NCBI GenBank assembly: GCA_015055865.1
Contig: SVHK01000001.1
Span: forward strand, 6,628-70,627
Direction of reading: 5' to 3'
From: Clostridiales bacterium
GTDB lineage: Bacteria > Bacillota > Clostridia > Christensenellales > Borkfalkiaceae
DNA length: 64,000 bases
Part shown: positions 1 to 8,579 of the stretch, piece by piece
How positions within the stretch are numbered: the first letter of the stretch is position 1
Layout of the letters: each line of letters opens with the position of its first letter
Notes under the pieces: generated by a model
The model's input: only the letters and a program-made list of their open reading frames with translations
What the model was told of the DNA's origin: nothing
Database searches by the model: none
Position numbers and translations under genes: made by a program

Positions 1-1
1 C

Positions 2-367
2 GTTAGAATTTTAGGTGCGAGCCACGAGCCGGTTCAGCCCTATTTAATCGAGCCGAAAATGCACGAACTGCTTAATGAATACTTGAGTGATGAACGGAAT
101 ATTATTGAAAAGCTTGCATATTTCCATATCCGTTTTGAAGGTATCCACCCTTTCATTGACGGAAACGGAAGAACGGGCAGATTGCTCGTAAATTTAGAGC
201 TTATGAAAGCCGGCTATCCCCCCATTGATATTAAGTTTACGGATAGAAAACGATACTACGACGCATTTGAGTCCTATCACGTTAAAAACGATTTATCGGC
301 TATGAGTAATCTTTTTGCGGAATACGTAAATTCTCGATTAGACTATTATTTGAACATTTTAGATTAA
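2..367 (+). CDS. Fic/DOC family protein, C-terminal part (5' end outside window)
   Basis: The frame is open from nt 2. It contains the Fic active-site motif HPFIDGNGRTGR and is followed by a hairpin terminator. Confidence 0.8.
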   Translation, partial: VRILGASHEPVQPYLIEPKMHELLNEYLSDERNIIEKLAYFHIRFEGIHPFIDGNGRTGRLLVNLELMKAGYPPIDIKFTDRKRYYDAFESYHVKNDLSAMSNLFAEYVNSRLDYYLNILD

Positions 368-388
368 GCGTTTTGTGAATTTTATACC

Positions 389-417
389 ACCGCCCCCGAT
401 TTTCAATCGGGGGCGGT
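389..417. terminator. Bidirectional hairpin terminator between convergent genes
   Basis: A 13-bp perfect stem accgcccccgatt / aatcgggggcggt with a 3-nt loop. Confidence 0.7.
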
Positions 418-444
418 TGCCGTACGAGAGCAAAGCTCGCTTTT

Positions 445-1737
445 TTAGAATTTTACGTTACAGCTAAAGTCCGTGCTTTTTGCCGAGTTCGGGACTCGGC
501 CGACTTCCACGTTGTCGCAAGCGCGTTGGCGGAGTTCTTTCACGGGGTTGGGCGCGACTTCGTATCTATAGTCCTTGCCGTATCTTCTGATATGGCTGTC
601 AATGACGAAGTGCGACGGTACGCAGGACACGGGGTCGTTGATAAGGGCTTGGTATTTGAAGAAATCCGCGTCCTTAGGTAAGTCTTCGAGTTTGGTATAG
701 TCTTCCCTATCGCCCGTAAATTGGACGGTCGTGCCCAAGATATTTCTAACGTATTCGATATTTTCGTGCAAGCTCAAGGGCGCGGGGAAATCGCCGTCGG
801 GAATTACTTCGCACCAGTCTTTTTTCTCGTATTTTTTAAGGAGTTCGACGGCTTTATGCAAGTGCGAAATTTCCATTTCCAAGTTTTGTTCCCAAAGCGT
901 TTTCACGTACGGGTTGGTTTCGGTCATATAGCACGACCAATACAAATAACATTCGACGTACTCGTGCCACAAGAGCATTTCCAACCACGTTGCGTTCGCG
1001 TCCATTAGCGAACCGTACTGCGTTACGTGTTCTTCTTCGACGAGCGCGATTTCCTGGTACAATTTTCTTGCCAAGTCGTTCGTTGCAAACGGCGTGATAT
1101 TCATATAATAGTTCATCGTTTGCTGTTCCGCCGCCGTAATTATCATCGTCGTAAGCACCGTTTGTTTATCCGCTACTTTCGAGTCGATACAGCGTTTTAC
1201 GTTATCCATCGGGAATCTGTGGTGCGCTATCGTCGGTCTGCCGGGCATTATTTCCGTGTATCTACCGACCAATCTTTCCGCGACTACGCCTTGCTCCATT
1301 TCAAGCTGGTTAGCGTAGCGGTACAAGTGGTCGAAGTCTTCAAGTAGCGCAAAGTCTAACGCTTTTTTGACGTAGCAATCTGGTTCACGTTTGGCGAGTT
1401 CCGCCGTCAAGTCAACGGCTAACTGTTCGTAGCCAATGGTATGCTCCAAAGCCGTTTCGTTGCAGGGTTTTAAGAGCGAGATTTTGAGCTGTTGTTGTTT
1501 CTCCACCGCGCGCGTTAAAGAAAGTTCGCGACGAAGGTCGGTATCGCAAGTATGGCGTTGGAATTGGTGGGAAAACCAGTTCGCTTCAAATTCCGTGCCG
1601 TTCATTAGGATAATTCGCGTTTTCGTATACGGGTCAACTTCGTATTTGTTATACGATTTGGGGTATTGTTCTTTCCAGTTTTGGAAACCGTCGGTTACGG
1701 GCGTGGGTTTTTGTGTGAACGGGTTAAACGTTTTCAT
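445..1737 (-). CDS. Ferritin-like (di-iron ExxH-type) domain protein, function unknown
   Basis: A 430-aa ORF with helical segments carrying EEEH and DFDH carboxylate/His motifs. The call rests on motif resemblance only. Confidence 0.55.
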   Translation of the reverse strand: MKTFNPFTQKPTPVTDGFQNWKEQYPKSYNKYEVDPYTKTRIILMNGTEFEANWFSHQFQRHTCDTDLRRELSLTRAVEKQQQLKISLLKPCNETALEHTIGYEQLAVDLTAELAKREPDCYVKKALDFALLEDFDHLYRYANQLEMEQGVVAERLVGRYTEIMPGRPTIAHHRFPMDNVKRCIDSKVADKQTVLTTMIITAAEQQTMNYYMNITPFATNDLARKLYQEIALVEEEHVTQYGSLMDANATWLEMLLWHEYVECYLYWSCYMTETNPYVKTLWEQNLEMEISHLHKAVELLKKYEKKDWCEVIPDGDFPAPLSLHENIEYVRNILGTTVQFTGDREDYTKLEDLPKDADFFKYQALINDPVSCVPSHFVIDSHIRRYGKDYRYEVAPNPVKELRQRACDNVEVGRVPNSAKSTDFSCNVKF

Positions 1738-1893
1738 TCTTTTTGCTCCTTTTTGCGAATTTTAATTCGGCTTACTTCTTTAGCTTATGCAATTTTTTTT
1801 ATTTTTTGTGTTTTTTTTCGTTTTTACCCGTTTTTCAAGAAATATTCACGCTTTTACAACCTTTTTATCGCATTACTTTGTTATAGTATCTAT

Positions 1894-2021
1894 CGAACGG
1901 ACGGGTCTTCCTTCCCCACTCCGTTCGGTTCTAACCTATCCGAGCAGGGGGCTCCACTCCCCACTCGGACACCTCCTAAATGAGGAGAGCGTATGCCGTT
2001 GGGCATACGCTCTCGTTTTTT
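1894..2021 (+). ncRNA. Candidate small RNA with C-rich loops and an intrinsic terminator
   Basis: An extended -10 (tgtTATAGT, 1879-1887) lies upstream. Hairpins are 1894-1927 (8 bp) and 1940-1968 (5 bp), with loops CUUCCUUCCCCAC and GCUCCACUCCCCA. A 13-bp terminator stem (1985-2014) is followed by T6 on the plus strand only. No plus-strand CDS is present here. Confidence 0.35.
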
Positions 2022-2033
2022 ATTCGGTTCGTT

Positions 2034-3470
2034 TTATTTAAAAAGTTCTGCAATCGCTAAAGTGATTTCCTTGTCCTTTTCGAACGATTGCGCGGAAGTT
2101 TTCGCGCCGTCTTCTGGTAATATCCCCCTACCGTGAATACAGTTACCGCTTTTCGGCCAAGTAATTTTCGCGGTAGTGAGTTTGATTGCGTCGGTATTGA
2201 AAAGCCCGAACGGGAACGTCGATTGCATAATCCCCTTGCCGTACGTTTTCGCCACGCCGTAGTTTTCTATTAAACAAATATCTGCGTAGGAAATCGCGCC
2301 GTAGTCGAGCATACAACCGATTAGACATTCGGACGCCGACGCCGTTCCGTCGTTAGCCAAAACTTTGATTTGGCTTTCCGAAGTGAAATACTTCGCGTAA
2401 ACGGAAGTTTTGGAATAGAACTGTTCCCTTTGTCCTTCCCGATACTGAGCGACCGCGATTAAACTCTTGCCCGTACTTCCCTTACAAAAATAGGACGCAA
2501 TTTCCTGCAAAATATCCATATATCCGCCACCGTTGTCGCGCAAATCTAAAACGAGATTGGTTTTTCCGTCCGTTTTAAACTGTTCCATTGCGCGAGTGAA
2601 CTCCGTCCCCGCGCTACCGTTGAACTGCGTTAAGCGGATATACGCGGTTTTATCGTCTAAACAAGATAACGGGTCGCCCTTTTCTTGCCATTCCGTCGCC
2701 TGTGCGCCCGTGAACGCGTAGGCGGTCGTATTCGTACGGTAAAACACGTAGTTTTCCACGAACGTGTCTTTATAAATCTCGACCGTTTCTATCTGTTCAC
2801 CGCGCCGTACTTTAATAAGGAACTTCTCGCCCTTCGTCCGTTCCTGTACGAACGCGTAGAACGCGCCGTATTTTTCCGAGTCGATTAACCATTCGTCAAT
2901 CAGTCCGTACCCGACGATATAATCCCCTTCGCGAATCCCGACCTTTTCAGCCGGCGAGTTACCCGATACCCTGCGTACGAGCATTATGGGATTCCCTGCG
3001 CTATCTTCCGTTAAGAAAGTAAGCCCTATTCCGCTCCATTCCCCCGTCGCTTCCGTAAGTGCCGACGCGTACTCGTCGGGGGTCATATATTGCGAATAGC
3101 TATCGAGCAAATCTTCGTTGATAGCGTCGAAGAGTACGCCGTAAAATTCTTCGTCCGTGATTTCTTCGTAATATTTGTCTTGGATTGCGTTTTTAATCTT
3201 TTGGAGCGTTCGCATCTCGCTATCGAACTGCAATGCACTCGCCAAATACCCAGCGAAAAACAACGCGATTGCCAACGCTACCGCTCCGAATTTTTTCCAA
3301 CCACCCCTTTTGCGTTTAGGTTGTTCGGTGGGGGCAGGGTCGGTTTGAACTTCGTTTGTCTTTGTTTTTTGGTCCGTTTCGTCTTGAATAGTTTTATCAA
3401 ACTCGTCGTTAAAATTTCTATCGTCTTGCAAGTTATACTCCTTTACGAAAAAAACGCGCCTTACGTTCAA
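2034..3470 (-). CDS. S41 family C-terminal processing peptidase with N-terminal TM anchor and PDZ
   Basis: It has an LVLDLRDNGGGY motif, a DGTASASE catalytic-Ser region, a PDZ-like GDYIV segment and an N-terminal hydrophobic helix. Confidence 0.9.
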   Translation of the reverse strand: MNVRRVFFVKEYNLQDDRNFNDEFDKTIQDETDQKTKTNEVQTDPAPTEQPKRKRGGWKKFGAVALAIALFFAGYLASALQFDSEMRTLQKIKNAIQDKYYEEITDEEFYGVLFDAINEDLLDSYSQYMTPDEYASALTEATGEWSGIGLTFLTEDSAGNPIMLVRRVSGNSPAEKVGIREGDYIVGYGLIDEWLIDSEKYGAFYAFVQERTKGEKFLIKVRRGEQIETVEIYKDTFVENYVFYRTNTTAYAFTGAQATEWQEKGDPLSCLDDKTAYIRLTQFNGSAGTEFTRAMEQFKTDGKTNLVLDLRDNGGGYMDILQEIASYFCKGSTGKSLIAVAQYREGQREQFYSKTSVYAKYFTSESQIKVLANDGTASASECLIGCMLDYGAISYADICLIENYGVAKTYGKGIMQSTFPFGLFNTDAIKLTTAKITWPKSGNCIHGRGILPEDGAKTSAQSFEKDKEITLAIAELFK

Positions 3471-3518
3471 CGCGTCTTTCGTAGTATTTAGCTATTTTGC
3501 TGTTTTTCTTTATTTTTC

Positions 3519-4535
3519 TTATTTCCCAAGCAACTTATACAGTATCGTCAACACTCTAAACGAAACCGCGTCTGGGAATAAACGGATATTCAATCCCGTA
3601 GCGCGCTCGATTTTATCCAAACGATACAATAAAGTGTTTCTGTGCATATAAAGATTTCTCGACGTTTCGCTCACGTTCAAGCTACACCGCAAAAATTCTT
3701 CCGCTGTTCCGACCATTTCTTCGTCGTCTAATATTTCTTTAGAATTATCGTCCATTAGCTCGGTTAAATATTCCGCAAGCTTGCTATCGGGTACTTCTTC
3801 CAGCATCTTCACGAGCATATATTCCCGATAGGTATGCACGTTCCCTTTATCCTCAAACACTTCCGCATACCGCAACGCACCCGATGCCTGCATATACGAC
3901 GAAAAAGCGTATTTTAAACCTTTTACCGTCGTACCTACCCCTACGCTTACGTCAATCCCCAACTCTTCTTTTAACGACTGCGTTAAAAATTCTGCGTAGT
4001 CTAACGCCGAGTGATACTCTTCTTCCTCCGCGCCTAAAAATTTGACGAGTGCGCAGTTGGTTTCGTCCATTTTTACGACCGTATCCAAGCTATTTCCGCC
4101 GTATTGCGCGATTAAGGCAATCGCTTCGTCCGTCATTTTCGGGATACGAATAGCCAACACGAAACACGACGCGCTCGCCACCGAAAACTTCGTTTCGAAT
4201 TTTTGCAAAGACGAAGAAGTACAATCGCCTAAAAGAATTTTTTTCAAATATTCGGTTTTAGACAAATCGAATTCTTTTTCCACGAAGCGTTCCAAATAAG
4301 CAGGAAGTAGTAAGGCGTATTTTTTCGCTTGTTCTATCTCTCCGCCCAAAACGCCGACGTAGCCGACGCGCTTGAATAAAAATCTGAAAAATACGTGCGT
4401 ACCGTCGTCCGTAATCCCTTCGAATTGTCTATCGCATACGGGAATATCGATTGGACGAGTGTCTTCTCTATAATATAAAAATTCAACGCCGAGATCGTTT
4501 GCGACCCGTTTCGCAATTTTATCAAGTTCTTGCAT
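3519..4535 (-). CDS. PucR/CdaR-family transcriptional regulator
   Basis: It carries the C-terminal PucR-type HTH (SRNLYMHRNTLLYRLDKIERATGLNIR). Confidence 0.8.
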   Translation of the reverse strand: MQELDKIAKRVANDLGVEFLYYREDTRPIDIPVCDRQFEGITDDGTHVFFRFLFKRVGYVGVLGGEIEQAKKYALLLPAYLERFVEKEFDLSKTEYLKKILLGDCTSSSLQKFETKFSVASASCFVLAIRIPKMTDEAIALIAQYGGNSLDTVVKMDETNCALVKFLGAEEEEYHSALDYAEFLTQSLKEELGIDVSVGVGTTVKGLKYAFSSYMQASGALRYAEVFEDKGNVHTYREYMLVKMLEEVPDSKLAEYLTELMDDNSKEILDDEEMVGTAEEFLRCSLNVSETSRNLYMHRNTLLYRLDKIERATGLNIRLFPDAVSFRVLTILYKLLGK

Positions 4536-4738
4536 TTTTACTCCTTAGTAAGTTCATTTTCCGCCTATTTTTATTTCTTTATAACATCCCACCATTTTAT
4601 TATACCGCAAAATAAAAAAAATTTCAAGAGATTTTCCTTGCACAACAATTTTTTCATAAAAAACCTTCAATTTTTTTGGCAAATAAAAAAATTTTTTCAA
4701 CTTTTTTCCTAAAACGCGAAAAAGGATTGAAATTAATA

Positions 4739-4767
4739 TTGACATACGCGCAAAAAAGTGTTATAAT
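4739..4767 (+). promoter_or_regulatory. Consensus sigma-A promoter (TTGACA-17-TGtTATAAT)
   Basis: TTGACA lies at 4739-4744 and TATAAT at 4762-4767, with an extended -10 TG at 4759-4760. An AGGAG RBS sits at 4833-4837 before the ATG at 4846. Confidence 0.65.
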
Positions 4768-4845
4768 ACTATATACAAATAGTATAATGTAAAAGTAGGA
4801 TTTCTTAAAAATTCAAAAACAAAAAAACTTATAGGAGATTTTATT

Positions 4846-6498
4846 ATGAGTAACAAGTGTGTTCCCTCCGATGTTGAAGTCGAAGTTACCGCGACCGAAC
4901 CCGTTGTTGAAGAAGTCGTTGTAGCCGAAGAAACTCCCGTTGCGGAAGAAGTAGTCGTTGACGCAATCGTTGCAACCGAAACCGTTGAAACGCAAGTCGT
5001 CGAAGAAGGCAAGAAGGCTAAAAAATGCAAGAAAGAAAAGAAAGCTAAAAAAGAAAAGCCTTGCAAGAAAGAAAAGCCTAAGAAGGAAAAGAAAGTTAAG
5101 GAATGCAAATGCAAGAAGGAAAAGAAGTCTTGCAACTGTTTCTATTCCGTATTCTCCCTTTTACTTACTATTGCCACCGTTGTGTTGGTATTCGTATTAC
5201 CTGCATACGTTATCGGTAAAGGCAATAAACTTGTCGAAGGCGTTTCCCTTTTGGACGGCGCGCTTGGCGTACTTAAACTCAGCGACGTAACCGTTGCAAA
5301 CTCCGGTGTAGTTGCGCTCGTATATTCCGCGTTCTTATTGACCGTACCCGTTGCGCTCCTTACGTCCGTTGGTTTGACGTTTGCTTGTTTCGTATCTAAC
5401 AAAAACGCAAAATATTACGTTCGTGCAAACGCAATCGTAAACCTTGTCGTATTCTTCTTCGTTTCGATGGTTTCGATGTGCGCTTACAGATACCTTACCA
5501 ATAAGCCGAACGCAATTGAACTTGCTTCTCTTATTATTGCAGGTGTAAACGGCGTTGCTTATATCGCAATTAACGTTAAAGACTATAAGAAGGCTACGTT
5601 CCTTCCCACCGTACTTTGCGGTTTGTCTTTCGCTAACGTGCTTTACTATCTCTACGCTACCGTATACATGAACAAGAAGTTGACGATTGCTATTATGGGT
5701 CGTTCCCTTCTCCACACGGCTATGTATCTTGGTATCATTGCGTTCGTTTCGTTGATTTTCTTCTATTCTCTCGTTCGTATGAGCAAGAGCAAGACGACGG
5801 CCGTTGACCTTCTCGTTTACGTTGCAAACGCTATCTTTACCGTTGGCGTTATGTTCTTCGGCTTCTGCCTTATTACCGGTATGAGACCTTATGCGTTATC
5901 TCTTATCGCATCGCTCGTTATCGCAGTCGTTCAAATCGTAATTTGCGCAGTTTCCATCAACTACGGCAAGTTGATTGCAAAAGTTGAAGCACAAGTTCCC
6001 GTAGTAGAAGAAGTTGCAGAACCCGTAGTAGAAGAAGTAGTTGTAGAAGAAGTCGTAGAACCCGTAGCAGAAGAAGTTGCAGAACCCGTAGAAGAAGTTC
6101 TTGAAGCTGAAGCAGTAGAAGAAGTCGTTGAAGAAGACCTTCCCGAAGCTAACTTCGTTGAAGAAGAAGTTCAACCCGTTGAAGAAATTCCTATGGCTCC
6201 CAGATTCGCATCGAGCTATATGAGAGCAAGAGAAACCGCTCCCGCTCCTACCGCAACTCCTGCAGTTAGCGCATATGACTGGTTTATCGAATCTCTTAAC
6301 CCTGAAGAAAAGAATGAATTCGTTGAACTCTTCATCTTCAAGTATATCGGCGGTACGGCTAACCTTCCCGAATACGTACCCGGTGGAGATAACTATCAAT
6401 TCTTCCGTTCCTTCTTCGTAAATCTTGGTAAATATAGAAACCGCATCTCCGATACGCTTATCGAAAAGATGTATCAATTTATGACTAAGAAATACTAA
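4846..6498 (+). CDS. Polytopic membrane protein with acidic V/E repeats and a K/C-rich basic block; function unknown
   Basis: A 550-aa ORF with a good RBS and promoter. The order is an N-terminal acidic block (VVEEVVVAEE...), a basic block (KKAKKCKKEKKAKKEKPCKKEK...), about 9-10 hydrophobic helices, a second acidic block (VEEVAEPVVEEVVVEE...) and a C-terminal globular tail of about 100 aa. Confidence 0.75.
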   Translation: MSNKCVPSDVEVEVTATEPVVEEVVVAEETPVAEEVVVDAIVATETVETQVVEEGKKAKKCKKEKKAKKEKPCKKEKPKKEKKVKECKCKKEKKSCNCFYSVFSLLLTIATVVLVFVLPAYVIGKGNKLVEGVSLLDGALGVLKLSDVTVANSGVVALVYSAFLLTVPVALLTSVGLTFACFVSNKNAKYYVRANAIVNLVVFFFVSMVSMCAYRYLTNKPNAIELASLIIAGVNGVAYIAINVKDYKKATFLPTVLCGLSFANVLYYLYATVYMNKKLTIAIMGRSLLHTAMYLGIIAFVSLIFFYSLVRMSKSKTTAVDLLVYVANAIFTVGVMFFGFCLITGMRPYALSLIASLVIAVVQIVICAVSINYGKLIAKVEAQVPVVEEVAEPVVEEVVVEEVVEPVAEEVAEPVEEVLEAEAVEEVVEEDLPEANFVEEEVQPVEEIPMAPRFASSYMRARETAPAPTATPAVSAYDWFIESLNPEEKNEFVELFIFKYIGGTANLPEYVPGGDNYQFFRSFFVNLGKYRNRISDTLIEKMYQFMTKKY

Positions 6499-6521
6499 GA
6501 ATTAAAACTCCTATTGAAAAT

Positions 6522-6560
6522 ATCTCGCCGTGATAATCACGGCGAGATTTATTTTATTTT
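6522..6560 (+). terminator. Intrinsic terminator
   Basis: A 12-bp stem atctcgccgtga / tcacggcgagat followed by a T-rich tract. Confidence 0.65.
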
Positions 6561-6574
6561 TATTATCTTTAATC

Positions 6575-6614
6575 ACAAACGGGCTTGCAAGAATTTTCTT
6601 GCAAGCCCGTTTGT
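6575..6614. terminator. Second long hairpin between convergent operons
   Basis: A 17-bp stem acaaacgggcttgcaag / cttgcaagcccgtttgt. Confidence 0.45.
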
Positions 6615-6692
6615 TTATCTCGTTTAATTTAATGCTTTTACGTAAAAAGACTAATTCTCAAATGTTCCATACGTTCGAAATTTTTTATTTAA

Positions 6693-7061
6693 TCATCTCA
6701 CTTTAATTGTTACCAAAATCTCGCCCTTCTCGTTCGTCGTTCTACTTTCGCATACGCTATCGACTAAGAACAACCCCCTGCCGTGTTCGGCGTAAACGTC
6801 CGAACAAAAACTCTTTTCGGGGGGCGTAAACGCAACGGACGACGATACCTTTATTTTAATCAATCCGTCCGTTACTTCGCTTTCAAACGTAGCCACGCCC
6901 TTGCTATGCTTTAAGGCGTTGGAAACTAATTCGCTTACGACGAGTTTGGAATCGAATACGTTATCGTAAGCCACTTCCCGTTCTTCTAAAAATTCGCAAA
7001 GACGGTCGATTGCGTCTTGCAAATCGGTTAAATTTTTTACGACGACTAACACCGTCTTCAC
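6693..7061 (-). CDS. Anti-sigma factor Ser kinase (SpoIIAB/RsbW-like, HATPase_c)
   Basis: It has an N-box ELVSNALKH and a G-box EHGRGLFLV, and lies immediately downstream of the sigma gene. Confidence 0.75.
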   Translation of the reverse strand: MKTVLVVVKNLTDLQDAIDRLCEFLEEREVAYDNVFDSKLVVSELVSNALKHSKGVATFESEVTDGLIKIKVSSSVAFTPPEKSFCSDVYAEHGRGLFLVDSVCESRTTNEKGEILVTIKVR

Positions 7062-7070
7062 CCCCCTTTT

Positions 7071-7802
7071 TTAATCTTCTTGCGGTAAATTCTCCCGCAA
7101 CTTCGCCAACAATTTCCGTTCCAATCTCGACACGAACATTTGCGAAACGCCTAAACGGTTCGCCGTTTCGCTTTGCGAAAATTGGTCTACAAACCGATAC
7201 TTGACGAGCCGTTTTTCCGTATCCGTCAAACCCGACATCGCAGAGCGAAGCATCTCCTTCGTTTCAAACTTTTCGAAACCGTTTTCGTCCGACGCCACGA
7301 CGGAATAAAGAGATTGCTCTCCGTCCTCCCCCGTAACCATACCGTCTAACGACACCGTACCCGCAACTTCAAGCGCGCGCACGACGATTTCTTGAGAAAG
7401 TTTCAAGCCGTCTGCAATCTCTTTGACGCTCGGTTTTACCCCGTTCGCGCTTTCGTACTCGGCGGTAAACTTCCTTATCGCCATACCGACTTCGCCTAAC
7501 TTCCTAGGAAGTTTTATGAGCCTTGACTTATCGCGGAAATAATTTTTAATTTTTCCTGCAATCGTCGGCGTAATATAAGTAGAAAACTGTACGCCGTGCG
7601 TGGGGTCGAAACTTTCAATCCCCAACAACAACGCGTACGTCGCCTCCTGTTTCAAATCGTCGTACTCCACGCCCCTACCTACGAACTTTTTCGCAAGTAT
7701 ATCGGCTATATACATATACTTTTCCGCGATTTGATTGCGAATTTCGACGTCGCCGGTCTTTTTATATTGTATAAAAAGCTCGTTCGTTTGTTCTTCCGTC
7801 AT
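7071..7802 (-). CDS. Sigma-70 family factor of the SigB/SigF/SigG group
   Basis: Regions 2-4 are recognisable (FSTYITPTIAGKIKNYFRD; C-terminal HTH SQSETANRLGVSQMFVSRLERK). The ATG at 7802 is preferred over the TTG at 7832 of the ORF track. Confidence 0.85.
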   Translation of the reverse strand: MTEEQTNELFIQYKKTGDVEIRNQIAEKYMYIADILAKKFVGRGVEYDDLKQEATYALLLGIESFDPTHGVQFSTYITPTIAGKIKNYFRDKSRLIKLPRKLGEVGMAIRKFTAEYESANGVKPSVKEIADGLKLSQEIVVRALEVAGTVSLDGMVTGEDGEQSLYSVVASDENGFEKFETKEMLRSAMSGLTDTEKRLVKYRFVDQFSQSETANRLGVSQMFVSRLERKLLAKLRENLPQED

Positions 7803-7809
7803 AATCCAA

Positions 7810-8166
7810 TTACGCCCCAAAGCTAATCGCAATTACGCGACCCTTTTCGTTTTTTCTAAAATCCACTCGCCCCAACAACGCGTTTAAAAGCGCGTAGGAA
7901 ATCTCGTCCTCAAACCCGTCTTGAACTTCACCCGTTTGATTTACGCCTACTATCTCGCAAGAAAGCATTTCACTCACGGTAAAACTAAGTTCCGCATTTA
8001 AAAACCCGTTTCTTTTCAAAATCAACAAACTTTCCGTCACGCAAACTTTAAAATCTTCCGTTGAATCGACGTCAAAATCGGCAAGCGCGCAAAGTCCGCC
8101 CGTCGTCAAACGTACGGTGGTAAAATATTCACTCTCCAAAGGGAAACTAATTTTAAACTTTTCCAT
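7810..8166 (-). CDS. SpoIIAB-like protein lacking the kinase N/G boxes (putative pseudo-kinase anti-sigma partner)
   Basis: It sits in the spoIIAB position between the STAS and sigma genes. The segment FKVCVTESLLILKRNGF aligns by eye with SpoIIAB IKTVVSEAVTNAIIHGY, but the Mg-binding Asn and the DxGxG motif are absent. Confidence 0.45.
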   Translation of the reverse strand: MEKFKISFPLESEYFTTVRLTTGGLCALADFDVDSTEDFKVCVTESLLILKRNGFLNAELSFTVSEMLSCEIVGVNQTGEVQDGFEDEISYALLNALLGRVDFRKNEKGRVIAISFGA

Positions 8167-8169
8167 AGC

Positions 8170-8478
8170 TTATTTAATCTCCATAATCGTATCCAGCGAG
8201 CAAATTACAAATAATTTTTTCACTTTCGGTTGTAAGCCGACAAGCGTCATTTTCTTCCCGTCCGTCTTTGCTTTCTTGAGAATTTTTACAAACGTGCCAA
8301 GCGTCGTACTGTCGATAAAATCAAGTTCTTCGCAATTAAAAAGCAAATCGCTCGGCGCTTTGTCGTATTCTTCGCAAACGTCGTTATAGAAATTTTCCGC
8401 ATTCCCCGCATCAATATCGCCCGTAAGCGTAAAGACGAGTTTATTCTCGTTCAAGCCTTGAAAGTTTACTTCTTTCAT
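8170..8478 (-). CDS. STAS-domain anti-anti-sigma factor (SpoIIAA/RsbV-like)
   Basis: A 102-aa protein with the typical DFIDSTTLG phosphorylatable-Ser region. It is the first gene of the module. Confidence 0.85.
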   Translation of the reverse strand: MKEVNFQGLNENKLVFTLTGDIDAGNAENFYNDVCEEYDKAPSDLLFNCEELDFIDSTTLGTFVKILKKAKTDGKKMTLVGLQPKVKKLFVICSLDTIMEIK

Positions 8479-8579
8479 AATATTTTCTCCTAAGCTATTT
8501 CTAATTTATATAGTCATCTTTATTATATATGTAAAGCAACGGACGGATTTTTAAACGCTCCGTCCGAATTTTACGCTTT

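Noticed and set aside
4761-5135. A 124-aa S/T-rich ORF on the minus strand, and 5896-6477 on the minus strand.
   Set aside because: They are mirror images of the acidic and basic low-complexity repeats of the plus-strand membrane protein gene. The plus-strand gene has the promoter and RBS.
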